Source: an uncultured beta proteobacterium (GTDB lineage Bacteria > Pseudomonadota > Gammaproteobacteria > Burkholderiales > Burkholderiaceae_C). Taken from it: a DNA stretch of 64,000 nt. The translations under genes were made by a program, and so were the position numbers. Shown here piece by piece: positions 20,878-30,157 of this stretch. The notes beneath the pieces are model-generated. The model worked only from the letters and a program-made list of their open reading frames with translations, was not told where the DNA came from and ran no database searches. How positions within the stretch are numbered: the first letter of the stretch is position 1; every line of letters starts with the position of its first letter. The DNA is taken from NCBI GenBank assembly GCA_963791595.1, contig CAWBTF010000014.1, positions 455,417 to 519,416 on the forward strand, in the 5' to 3' direction.

Positions 20878-23629
20878 TCACACGCTCCACGGCGCGCGGG
20901 CGCGCGCATCCAGCGCATAACGCTCGATCGCGCGCAGCGCCAAGCCTCGCTCGACGACGCCGCTGCGCGCCAACGCGTCGAGCGCGGCCAGTGCGATGTG
21001 GAATCGATCGACCTCAAAAAACCCGCGCAGCGCGACGCGCGTGTCGCTGCGGCCGAAGCCGTCGGTGCCGAGCGTGGTGTACGACGCGACGTTCAGGTAT
21101 TCGGCGATGAGCTGCGGCACGGCGCGCACGTAGTCGGTCGCGGCCACCACCGGCAGCGCGCCGTCCAGGCACTCCTGCACATAGCTCTGCTTCGGCGCTT
21201 GGGCAGGGTGCATGCGGTTGGCTCGCTGCACCTCGCGCGCGTCGCGCGCGAGTTCGGTGAAGCTCGTCGCGCTCCAGACCTCGGCCTGCACGCCGAAGTC
21301 CTGTTCCAGCAATTCCGCCGCGGCGATCGCCTCGAGCAGAATCGTTCCCGCGCCGAGCAATCGCACCTGCGCCGCGCCGCCGTTCGCGCTACCGTTCACT
21401 TCTCGGCACCGGTACAGACCGCGCATCGACACCGTCTTCGAGCCCCGGATTGCCTTGCGGCAGCGCCGGCTGCGCCAGGTTCTGGTTCGTGACGGTGAGG
21501 TAGTAGAACTCGTCGCGCTGCTCGTCGAGCAGGCGCTTCACGCCATGCGCGACGATGAGCGCGAGCTCGTAGCCGAACGCCGGGTCGTAGGCGCGGCAGT
21601 TCGAGATCGTCGACGCCGCGAGCAGGCTGCTTCCGTCCTGGTGCTGCAACCCCTCGCCCGACAGCGTGGTGCGCCCCGACGTCGCTCCGATCAGGAAGCC
21701 GCGCGCGCGCGAATCGGCGGCGGCGAGGATCAGGTCGCCGACGCGCGTGAAGCCGAAGCAGGAATAGAAGATGTAGAACGGCAGCATCGGCACGCCATGC
21801 GTGCTGTAGCTCGTCGCCGCGGCGATCCAGCTGCTCAGCGCGCCCGCTTCCGTGATGCCTTCTTCGAGGATCTGGCCGCTGCGCGATTCCTTGTAGTACA
21901 GCAGTTCGTCCTTGTCTTCGGGCTCGTAGAGCTGGCCCTGCGCGGCGTAGATCGCCACTTCGCGGAACAGGCTTTGCATGCCGAAGGTGCGCGCTTCGTC
22001 GGCGACGATCGGAACGATGTGTTTGCCGATGCGCTCATCGCGCAGCAGTTGCGTGAGCTGGGCGACGAACACCATCGTCGTCGATTGCTCTCGGCCGGCC
22101 AGGCGCTCGACGAGTTTGTGCGTCGCCGCCGGGTCGGGTGCGACCAAGCGCGGCGCCGCGCTGCTGCGCGCCGGCAGGTAGCCGCCCAGGCTCCTGCGCC
22201 GCTCGTGCAGGTAGCGCATCTCGGGGCTGTCGGCCTCTGGCCGGTAGAAGTTCAGTGCGCAGGCTTCTTCGTCTTTCAGCGGCAGCGCAAAGCGATCCCG
22301 GAACGCGAGCAGCGCGTCGTCTTCCAGCTTTTTCTGCTGGTGCGAGCCCATGCGGCCCTGGCCCCAGTGGCCCATGCCGTAGCCCTTCTTCGTCTGCGCC
22401 AGGATCACGCTCGGCCTTCCCGCATGCGTGGTCGCCGCGTGGTACGCGGCGTAGATCTTCACCGGGTCGTGGCCGCCGCGGCGCAGGCGGTCGATGTCGT
22501 CGTCCGACATGTGCGCGACCAACTGCTGCAGCTCCGGGTACTTGTTGAAGAAGTGTTCGCGGTTGAAGCGCCCGTCGGTCGCGGCGTAGGCCTGGAACTC
22601 GCCGTCCACGGTCTCGTGCAGGCGCTTGAGCAGCACGCCGTCCACGTCGCGTGCGAACAGCGGATCCCAGTCGCTGCCCCACATCAGCTTGATCACGTTC
22701 CAGCCCGCTCCGGCAAACAGGCCTTCCAGCTCCTGCACGACGGAGCCGTTGCCGCGCACCGGGCCGTCGAGGCGCTGCAAATTGCAGTTGACGACGAACA
22801 CCAGGTTGTCGAGCCCCTCGCGCGCCGCGAGCGACAGGCCGGCGAGCGATTCCGGTTCGTCCATCTCGCCGTCGCCGACGAAGGCCCAGACTTTTCTTCC
22901 CTGCGTATCGAGCAGACCCCGGTCGCGCAGGTAACGCATGAAGCGCGCCTGGTAGATCGCGGTGATCGGCCCCAGGCCCATCGAGCCGGTGGGGAACTGC
23001 CAGAAGTCTGGCATCAGCCAGGGGTGGCAGTAGGACGACAAACCACCGTTGGCCGGCGCGGATGCTGCCTGCGCATCGCGCGCACCGAGCGTCTCTTGCC
23101 GAAAGCGCATCAGCCGCGATTCGGGAAGTCTCCCTTCGAGGAACGCGCGCGCGTAGACACCGGGCGACGCATGCGGCTGAAAGAACACCAAGTCGCCGTT
23201 TTGACCGGCGCGGAAAAAGTGGTTGAAACCGACCTCGAACAGATCGGCGATCGACGCATACGTCGCGATGTGGCCGCCCAAGTCCCCAGAGAACTTGTTG
23301 CCGCGCACCACCATCGCCAGGGCGTTCCAGCGAACGGCGGCTGACAGCCGCGCCTCGATCTCCAGGTTGCCCGGGAACTGCGGCTGGCGGTCGAGCGAAA
23401 TGCTGTTCACGTAGGGCGTGTTCAGCACCGCGGGCAGCGGCACGCGCAGGCGCCGCGCTTCGTCGAGCAGGCGCCGCAGCACATAGGTGCCGCGCTCGGT
23501 GCCGACGTTGCGCACCAGCGTCGCGAAGCCGTCGAGCCATTCGCGGGTTTCGATCGGGTCGGCGTCGGCGGGAATGACGCGCCAGAAGGCGGCGCTGGTC
23601 GCCGCGGGCGGGAGGTCGTTGGGGTTCAT
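20878..23629 (-). CDS. aceE: pyruvate dehydrogenase E1 component (AceE-type homodimeric 2-oxoacid dehydrogenase E1); frame break near 21389-21432; orphan, no aceF/lpd adjacent
   Basis: ORF 21389-23629 (746 aa; ThDP-binding region) plus ORF 20878-21432 (184 aa; C-terminal domain) are consecutive E1 segments. Confidence 0.85.
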
Positions 23630-23706
23630 GGCAGTGCGGGGTTATGGGGTGCGGCGCGCACCGCAAACCCTATCATCGGACAAATCGACGAACCGCAGGC
23701 AAGGCG

Positions 23707-24297
23707 ATGGCCGAAGCAATCACGAAGGCGCAAATCAAGAAACTTCCGGTGATCGGTTATGAGACGGTACGCGCGCAGTTGCGCAGCGGCGACCTGGTGT
23801 TCTGTTCGGGCTCGTACGCGTTCTCCGGGTTGATCCAGCGCTTCACGCGATCGGTGTGGAGCCACGTGGGCATCGTCTACAGGGACGATTACTTGCAGCG
23901 CGTATTCGTGCTGGAGAGCGAAACCGCGATCGGCGTGCGCCTGGCACCAGTGTCGAAGTACCTGCGCGACTACCACGGCCGGAATCGCCCGTACCGCGGC
24001 AACATCGTCGTCGCGCGGGTCCAGCCCGACGTCGACGAAGACGGCATCAAGCGCGCCGTCAGCTTCGGCATGGACGAGCTCACCAAGCCCTACGACAACT
24101 TCGAGATCCTGCGCATCGCCTTGCGCATCCTGTTTCGCATCAGCCGGCGCCAGCGCGACCGCAAGTACATCTGCTCCGAACTGGTGGAAGAGTGTTTCCG
24201 CAAGGCCGGCGTGAGCTTCAAGCTGGCCGACAACTTCATCAGTCCCGACGACATCTGGAAAGACAAGGCCGTGCGATGGCAGCATCGAATTCTGTGA
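23707..24297 (+). CDS. permuted papain-like amidase, YiiX/YebB (Peptidase_C92) family
   Basis: …SVWSHVGIVYRDD… and …RKYICSELVEECF… in permuted order. Confidence 0.6.
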   Translation: MAEAITKAQIKKLPVIGYETVRAQLRSGDLVFCSGSYAFSGLIQRFTRSVWSHVGIVYRDDYLQRVFVLESETAIGVRLAPVSKYLRDYHGRNRPYRGNIVVARVQPDVDEDGIKRAVSFGMDELTKPYDNFEILRIALRILFRISRRQRDRKYICSELVEECFRKAGVSFKLADNFISPDDIWKDKAVRWQHRIL

Positions 24298-25475
24298 AGC
24301 CCGGCGCATCGACCGTGAGCGCGGTGCCCGTGGCGCGCGGCAACTACGCGAGCCTGTTCACATTGCCGGCTGCGCAGCAGTTGCGCGCGTTCGCCAACAT
24401 GCGAAGCCTGTACCCCACACGAAGCATCGCTCGCGGCGAGCACGTTCGCGAGCTGAGCACCGGGCCGTTGCTTGAACTGAGCTACATCGCCGACGGCCAG
24501 CGCCTGGGCGTCGAAGACTTCATGCAGCGCGGGCGCTGCGCCGGCCTGCTGATCCTGCACCGCGGCAAGGTCGTTCAGGAGCGCTACGCGCTGGGCCACA
24601 CGCCGGACACGCGCTGGATTTCGTTTTCGATGGCCAAGTCGATCACGTCGACCCTGGTCGGCGCCGCGCTGCAAGACGGCTTGATCGCGAGCCTGGACGA
24701 CCCGGTCACGCGCACCGTGCCGCGGCTGCTCGGCAGCGCCTACGACGGCGTGACGCTGCGCCAAGTGCTGCAGATGAGTTCCGGCGTGCGCTGGATCGAA
24801 ACCTACCTCGACCCTCAATCCGACCGGCGCAAGCTGCTCGAGTTGCAGGTGCGCGAGCAGCCGGGCCTCGTGATCGACTACCTGCGCACGCTGCCGCGCG
24901 TGGCCGAACCCGGGACTCGTTTCAACTACAACACGGCTGAGACGTTCCTTCTCGGCGCGATTCTGCACGGTGCGATCCAACGGCCGCTGTGCGACTACCT
25001 CTCGGAGAAAGTCTGGCGCCCGTGCGGCATGCAGGCCGACGCGTATTGGCAGCTCGAATCGGAAGGCGGCCAGGAATTCGCCGGCAGCGGCCTGAGCGCC
25101 ACCTTGCGCGACTACGCGCGCTTCGGCGCTTTCGTGCTGGGCGACGGCGCGATCGACGGCGTGCGTGTGTTGCCCGAAGGCTGGGTGGCGCAGTCCACCG
25201 CAGTAGCGCCACCAGGATCGATGCTCGCGCCGGGCAAGCTGCCGGGCTTCGAGCCGCTCGGCTACGGTTATCAGTGGTGGACCTTCCCCGCCACGCACGG
25301 CCGGCGCGTCTTCGGCGCCCTGGGCATCTTCGGCCAGCAGATCTACATCGATGCCGACGAGCAACTGATCATCGTGCTGCACAGCGCCTGGCCCGAGCCG
25401 GTGCACGCGCCGAGCCGCAGCGAGAGCTACGTCTTCTTCAACGCCGTGGCCCGCGCGTTGCGCGAACGGGGATGA
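24276..25475 (+). CDS. serine hydrolase of the beta-lactamase/transpeptidase-like family
   Basis: SxxK motif SMAKS; about 400 aa; start MAASNSVKPG inside ORF 23856-25475. Confidence 0.75.
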   Translation: MAASNSVKPGASTVSAVPVARGNYASLFTLPAAQQLRAFANMRSLYPTRSIARGEHVRELSTGPLLELSYIADGQRLGVEDFMQRGRCAGLLILHRGKVVQERYALGHTPDTRWISFSMAKSITSTLVGAALQDGLIASLDDPVTRTVPRLLGSAYDGVTLRQVLQMSSGVRWIETYLDPQSDRRKLLELQVREQPGLVIDYLRTLPRVAEPGTRFNYNTAETFLLGAILHGAIQRPLCDYLSEKVWRPCGMQADAYWQLESEGGQEFAGSGLSATLRDYARFGAFVLGDGAIDGVRVLPEGWVAQSTAVAPPGSMLAPGKLPGFEPLGYGYQWWTFPATHGRRVFGALGIFGQQIYIDADEQLIIVLHSAWPEPVHAPSRSESYVFFNAVARALRERG

Positions 25476-26083
25476 GGCGAAGCGACAAGCCCTTCTCCCC
25501 GGCAAGCGAGCGCAATCGCGAGCCGATCCTCGCCGTGTTGCGCGAGCATTTCATCGACGTGCGCAGCGTGCTCGAAGATCGGCAGCGGGACCGGCCAGCA
25601 TGCAGTGCACTTCGCGCAGGCGCTGCCGCACCTGCTCTGGCAAGCGTCGGACCGCGCCGAGAACCTGCCCGGCATTCGCCGGTGGCTCGGTGATGCCGAA
25701 CTGCCCAACACGCCCGAGCCGATCGAGCTCGACGTGAACGGCCGCTGGCCGGACGCGACGTTCGACGCCGTGTTCACCGCGAACACGCTGCACATCATGG
25801 GCTGGAGCGAAGTCGAACGATTCTTCGAGATGCTGCCGCGGGTGATGAACCCCGAGCGCGCTGGTCACCGTCTACGGCCCCTTCAACCGCGGCAGCGCGT
25901 TCACGAGCCCGAGCAACGCGAGCTTCGACGCCGACCTGAAACGCGCCGACCCGAAGCGCGGCATTCGCGACATCGAGGCGGTGGACCGGCTCGCGGCGCA
26001 GGCCGGCTTGAGCATGATCGACGACCGCGCCATGCCGGCCAACAATGCCTGCATCACCTGGCGGCTGCGACCTGGGGTTTGAC
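25472..26083 (+). CDS. DUF938-family class I SAM-dependent methyltransferase-like protein; two frame breaks; ATGA overlap with the upstream stop
   Basis: three consecutive in-order segments in three frames: MRRSDKPFSPASERNREPILAVLREHF…, …QHAVHFAQALPHLLWQASDRAENLPGIRRWL…, …VTVYGPFNRGSAFTSPSNASFDADLKRADPKRGIRD…. Confidence 0.6.
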
Positions 26084-26157
26084 GCAGTTCGGCGGCGAGT
26101 CCGCGCGGCTAGACTTGTTGCAGCGCCAATCCGATCCTGGACGCGAGTGAGCAACCC

Positions 26158-27455
26158 ATGGACCTGCAGCAGCTTAGTCGAACCCGACCGCGTCCACAAA
26201 CGCGTCTACACCGACCCGGAAATCTTCGACCTGGAAATGGAGCGCATCTGGGAGCGCACCTGGGTCTACTGCGGCCACGAGTCGCAGGTGAAGGCGCCCG
26301 GCGACTATCACGCGCTGAACATCGGCCGCCAGCCGATGATCATGGTGCGGCAGGCCCAAGATGCGGGCAGCATCCAGGTGCTCTACAACCGCTGCCCGCA
26401 CCGCGGCGTGCAGATCGTCGGCAACCAGCGCGGCAACACCGGCAGCGCGTTTGTGTGCTCGTACCACGCGTGGAGTTTTCACCTCGACGGCAGCGTGCGC
26501 GCGATTCCGCTGGCCAAGGGCTACGAAGGCACGCGCATGACGCGCGACAACCCCGATTGCGCGATGAAGCGCGCCGCGCGCGTGCGAGAGCTATCGCGGC
26601 TTCGTGTTCGCGAGTTTGGTCGACGAAGGCCCGGGCCTGCTCGAATTCCTGGGCGAAGCGAAGATCGCCTTCGACGACATGTGCGACCGCTCGCCCGTCG
26701 GCGAAGTGGAAGTCGTGCCGATCTGCCACCGCGTGATCCAGCAATCGAACTGGAAGTTCTTCATGGAGAACCAGCTCGACGCGCTGCACCCGTCCGTCAC
26801 GCACCAGTCCACCGGCATCTCGGCCGGGCGCGTGGAAAAGCGCCTGAAGGCCGAACGAGGCGCCGCGCCGCTTTACTACCACTACCTGTCCACCTTCGCA
26901 TCGAGCTTCGAGCTGTGGGACAGCGTGCAGACCATCAACTTCCCGCGCGGCCACGGCATCCTCAAGGCCTACATGGGGCTGCGCCCGCAAGACCCGGACA
27001 CGCTGGAATACGAAGCGCTGCTCGAGAAGGCCTACGGCAAGGAGAAGATGGAGGAGTACCTGTCGCGCAGCATCCACCATGTGCTGGTGTATCCGTACCT
27101 CTCGGTGCAGTCGCCCTTGCAGCAGCTGCGTTGCCTGCGGCCGATTTCGGCCGACAAGACGCTGTCGGAAATCTGGCACTTCAGGTTGAAGGGCGCGCCC
27201 GAGGCGATCTACCGCCGGAGCCTGTGGTACTACAACCTCGTCAATTCACCCGCGACGATGATCAACGCCGACGACCTGGAGAACTGGACCAAGGGCCAGT
27301 GGGGCTTGATGTCCAACGGCGGCGACTGGGTGAGTTTTCACCGCTACTTCGGCGACGACCGGGTTGAAGCCGGCGTCACCTACTCGAACCACGGCACGTC
27401 GGAAGCGGTGATGCGCAACCAGTTCGCGGCGTGGACGAAGTACCTCACAGCGTGA
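26158..27455 (+). CDS. aromatic ring-hydroxylating dioxygenase alpha subunit (Rieske [2Fe-2S] plus catalytic domain); two frame breaks near 26175 and 26585
   Basis: Rieske motif CPHRG…CSYHAW; mononuclear-iron catalytic domain in ORF 26604-27455. Confidence 0.8.
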
Positions 27456-27469
27456 AGGGAAGGTGCATC

Positions 27470-28144
27470 ATGAGCATCTCGAAAAACATCCCCAGCGCCG
27501 GCCCCGACTTCGAACACCTGCTCGCGCAGGATGTCGTGATCGAAGCCGATGCCAGCGCGCAGCGCACCGGTGCCCAGGCGATCGAGCCCGACCACTCGCC
27601 GCGCGCGCCGCAGGCCGGCGCGGCAGTCGCAGCGGCTGCCTTGCCGCAGCCTGGCCTGCTCGCGGGCGCCGACGTACAACGCGAAGTCGAGCAGTTCCTC
27701 TACCGTCAAGCAGAGCTGCTGGACGGCAAACACTGGCAGGCGTGGATCGACCTGTTCGACGCGCAAGGCGTGTACTGGATGCCGGTGACGCCCGAGCAAA
27801 CCGAATGGGAAGGCTCGCCGTCGATCTTTGCCGAAGACAAGCTGATGATGGAAATCCGCAAGGGCCGGGTGTCGCACCCGAACGCGTGGTCGCAGGCGCC
27901 GATGTGGGAGACGAACCACCTCGTCAGCCATGTCGCGATCGAAGCGGTGAACGGCGCGGAAATCCAGGTGCGCTCGCGCTTTCACATGATGGAGCTGCGG
28001 CGCGACACGGTGCGCCACTTTGGCGGGCGCTATCGGCATACGCTGGTGCGGGGGTCTGATGGCGGCTTGCGAATCAAGCTGCAGCGCGTCGACTTGTTCA
28101 ATGGGCAGGCGCCGTTCGACTATGTGTTGCAGGTGTGGGTGTGA
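27470..28144 (+). CDS. aromatic ring-hydroxylating dioxygenase beta subunit (NTF2/SnoaL fold) with an unusually long Ala-rich N-terminal extension
   Basis: C-terminal 160 aa …EVEQFLYRQAELLDGKHWQAWIDLFDAQGVYWMP…; RBS GAAGGGAAGG upstream of the ATG. Confidence 0.8.
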   Translation: MSISKNIPSAGPDFEHLLAQDVVIEADASAQRTGAQAIEPDHSPRAPQAGAAVAAAALPQPGLLAGADVQREVEQFLYRQAELLDGKHWQAWIDLFDAQGVYWMPVTPEQTEWEGSPSIFAEDKLMMEIRKGRVSHPNAWSQAPMWETNHLVSHVAIEAVNGAEIQVRSRFHMMELRRDTVRHFGGRYRHTLVRGSDGGLRIKLQRVDLFNGQAPFDYVLQVWV

Positions 28145-28273
28145 AGAAGGCAACGAACACGAAGGGCTCGCTTGACCCGCGAGGCGACATGCCGCTGCGC
28201 CGACGCGACATCGCCGCAGGCAAGCTTGTGGCGCGAGAACCCAGCGCGAGTGGCGCCGTGCTCTCGGAAGCAT

Positions 28274-28651
28274 CTAGGATTCGCCGACCCTCTTTGTTAG
28301 CTCATTGAGCTGCGCCCGCAACGCCCTGCGCCCGGCACTGTTCGTCGCGCGCCAGGCCTGCAGCGCAAGCGCCAGAAACTGCTGCTCCGTCGCCGACACC
28401 CCCACCGGCGCGCGTTCCTCATCCAGCCACCCCTGCAGCTTGCCGCAGTGCTGCTCGATCTGCCGCGCGAGCTTGTCGCCGATCGGCCGTGACGACTTGA
28501 TCTGGCTCCACATGCTGGGCGAAATCTCCAGGCTCGCGGCAAACGCCTGCTCGAGACCCTTGGGCGAATCGCCCGCGGCCAGCGCCTTTTCGGCGAAGGC
28601 CTGAAACAGCGCCAATGCGTTCTGTCGTCGTGTGACGGTGATGTTGGCCAA
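28274..28651 (-). CDS. hypothetical small DNA-binding-like protein (phage CII/Cro-like HTH region …ISPSMWSQIKSSRPIGDKLARQIEQ…)
   Basis: 125-aa ORF divergent from the promoter/small-ORF unit; resemblance to the lambda cII VDKSQISRWKRD segment is by eye only. Confidence 0.45.
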   Translation of the reverse strand: MANITVTRRQNALALFQAFAEKALAAGDSPKGLEQAFAASLEISPSMWSQIKSSRPIGDKLARQIEQHCGKLQGWLDEERAPVGVSATEQQFLALALQAWRATNSAGRRALRAQLNELTKRVGES

Positions 28652-28713
28652 GTCGTGTTGTGTGCAGGAAGCAACGCATTCGAGCGCCGCGATCGCGCCA
28701 TTGTGGCAGGGGG

Positions 28714-28742
28714 TTGACGGCCTCGTAAAGACTCTTTACAGT
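28714..28742 (+). promoter_or_regulatory. sigma70-like promoter TTGACG-N17-TACAGT
   Basis: near-consensus -35 with optimal 17-bp spacing to a 4/6 -10; about 60 nt upstream of a GTG-initiated small ORF preceded by AAGGA. Confidence 0.45.
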
Positions 28743-28802
28743 GCGCCACTTCGCTCGAAAGAGCATTGTTTGCAACCCAGAATTTCGAAGGACCGCATCG
28801 TC

Positions 28803-28985
28803 GTGAAACCCAATCGCATCGTCGGAACGTTCCGCCCCGCCCAGGGACGGGTCGGATTCGCGCCTGCCTTGGCGATGCAGCCTTGGGTCGCCTGCGGCAC
28901 GGCAATGCAACTGTCGTTCGCGACGAGCTATCTGCCGCTTGATCGACATGAGGATCGATTGCACCCGGGGGAGGGAAGCGCGTAG
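28803..28985 (+). CDS. hypothetical small protein (60 aa, GTG start) between the promoter and the intrinsic terminator; alternatively the 5' part of a small RNA
   Basis: frame of ORF 28632-28985; RBS AAGGA 9 nt upstream; no homology recognised. Confidence 0.3.
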   Translation: MKPNRIVGTFRPAQGRVGFAPALAMQPWVACGTAMQLSFATSYLPLDRHEDRLHPGEGSA

Positions 28986-29011
28986 GCGCACCTTCCAACT
29001 CTGTTCGCAGA

Positions 29012-29050
29012 GGCCCGGGCCCGATGAGGACCCGGGCCTTTTTGTTTTCT
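29012..29050 (+). terminator. rho-independent terminator GGCCCGGG-(loop)-CCCGGGCC followed by TTTTTGTTTT
   Basis: 8-bp GC stem plus U-tract, the only strong example on this strand in the region. Confidence 0.65.
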
Positions 29051-29385
29051 GCCTTGGTCTTTCGTTTTCACTCGGCACGCGCATCGGCGCATGCCGGCGA
29101 TCGATGGATCGCGAGGCCGCGAATGCGGTCGCTCTTTAACAATTTGCCGCGAGACGACTTCGGTACTGGCCGAGGCTTCGTCTCGCATTGTTTGCCGGGC
29201 ACGGTTGCGTCTGCGAGGGCGCTCCGTGCCTGAGCGAACCACTTCGGGTGTGCCCATGCACTCCGCTGCCGCATGCCATGGTGTTGGCGGCGCGGGATGT
29301 GCGCGGCCCCAGGCCGGGGCCACATGCAGCGAGACACCACATCCGACGGGATGCTCGCGTGTGGGCACAGCCGAAGTGGAATCTT

Positions 29386-29462
29386 GTCGCGTTCGTCTAG
29401 CCGGCCCAGGACGCCACCCTTTCAAGGTGACTACGCGGGTTCGAGACCCGCACGCGACGCCA
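29386..29462 (+). tRNA. tRNA-Glu (anticodon TTC)
   Basis: cloverleaf folded by hand; D-arm GTCTAGCCGGCCCAGGAC almost identical to E. coli tRNA-Glu; 27-43 mismatch; encoded CCA. Confidence 0.8.
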
Positions 29463-29551
29463 GTCAAGGAACCCTCGTCGAGCTTGTGCTTCGAGGGCGG
29501 AAATCGGCCGCAACGATTGGGCGGCGCCGGAACCCGTGCCCGGATGGAATT

Positions 29552-29627
29552 GCCTCGTTAACTCAGCGGCCAGAGTGCCGGCCTGTCTAGCCGGAAGCCG
29601 CGGGTTCGATCCCCGCACGAGGCGCCA
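29552..29627 (+). tRNA. tRNA-Asp (anticodon GTC)
   Basis: acceptor GCCTCGT/ACGAGGC; anticodon loop CTGTCTA; T-arm GCGGG-TTCGATC-CCCGC; CCA. Confidence 0.8.
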
Positions 29628-29637
29628 GGACAAATCT

Positions 29638-29713
29638 GCCGAGATAGCTCAGCCGGTAGAGCGGCGCGTTGAAGGCGCGTGCGTCGGGGGATCGAAGCCC
29701 TCTCTCGGCACCA
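29638..29713 (+). tRNA. tRNA-Phe (anticodon GAA); atypical G37 and T-loop ATCGAAG (A54)
   Basis: acceptor GCCGAGA/TCTCGGC; D-arm TAGCTCAGCCGGTAGAGC; anticodon loop TTGAAGG. Confidence 0.7.
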
Positions 29714-29719
29714 GACAGA

Positions 29720-29797
29720 ACCTCGTTAGCTCAGTGGAATCAGAGCATCGGCCTACGAAGCCGAGGGTCGCACGTTCGAGTCGTGCACGAGGTGCCA
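29720..29797 (+). tRNA. tRNA-Arg (anticodon ACG)
   Basis: acceptor ACCTCGT/ACGAGGT; anticodon loop CTACGAA; T-arm GCACG-TTCGAGT-CGTGC; CCA. Confidence 0.8.
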
Positions 29798-29802
29798 CTC
29801 AT

Positions 29803-29878
29803 CTCGGTGTGGCGCAGATGGCAGCGCGCGTGCTTCGGGAGCACGGGGTCGCAGGTTCGAGACCTGCCACCGAGACCA
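29803..29878 (+). tRNA. tRNA-Pro (anticodon CGG)
   Basis: acceptor CTCGGTG/CACCGAG; anticodon loop TTCGGGA; T-arm GCAGG-TTCGAGA-CCTGC; CCA. Confidence 0.8.
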
Positions 29879-29899
29879 TTCGACGACGTGCGCTTGGGC

Positions 29900-29973
29900 G
29901 TGGCCGTAGCTCAACGGCAGAGCTGCGGGATGTGACCCCGCCGGTGCCGGTTCGATTCCGGCCGGTCACCCCC
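29900..29973 (+). tRNA. tRNA-His (anticodon GTG); no encoded G-1 (C at -1), C73 discriminator, A32, and a 3' end CCCCA rather than a clean CCA
   Basis: acceptor GTGGCCG/CGGTCAC; D-arm TAGCTCAACGGCAGAGC; anticodon loop ATGTGAC; T-arm GCCGG-TTCGATT-CCGGC. Confidence 0.6.
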
Positions 29974-29990
29974 AAGCGCACACAACCCAC

Positions 29991-30066
29991 GCGTCGCGAA
30001 CTCGAGCGGCAGAGTACCGGGCTTTTAACCCGGCGTGTCAGGGTTCGAGCCCCTGGCGACGCACCA
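29991..30066 (+). tRNA. tRNA-Lys (anticodon TTT)
   Basis: acceptor GCGTCGC/GCGACGC; anticodon loop CTTTTAA; T-arm CAGGG-TTCGAGC-CCCTG; CCA. Confidence 0.8.
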
Positions 30067-30067
30067 C

Positions 30068-30153
30068 CCCCTCGTGGCGGAATCGGCAGACGCGCCGGTC
30101 TCAGAAACCGGTGCCCAAAGGGCATGTCCGTTCGACCCGGACCGAGGGGACCA
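30068..30153 (+). tRNA. tRNA-Leu (anticodon CAG), type II with a long variable arm
   Basis: acceptor CCCCTCG/CGAGGGG; anticodon loop CTCAGAA; variable arm TGCCCAAAGGGCAT; T-arm GTCCG-TTCGACC-CGGAC; CCA. Confidence 0.8.
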
Positions 30154-30157
30154 ATGA

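Noticed and set aside
28750-29050. tmRNA, RNase P RNA or 6S RNA as the identity of the promoter-to-terminator transcript
   Set aside because: No tRNA-like 3' end or tag-peptide reading frame (tmRNA), no AGGAAAGUCCGGGCUCC-type P4 motif (RNase P), and the length and terminator context do not fit 6S RNA.
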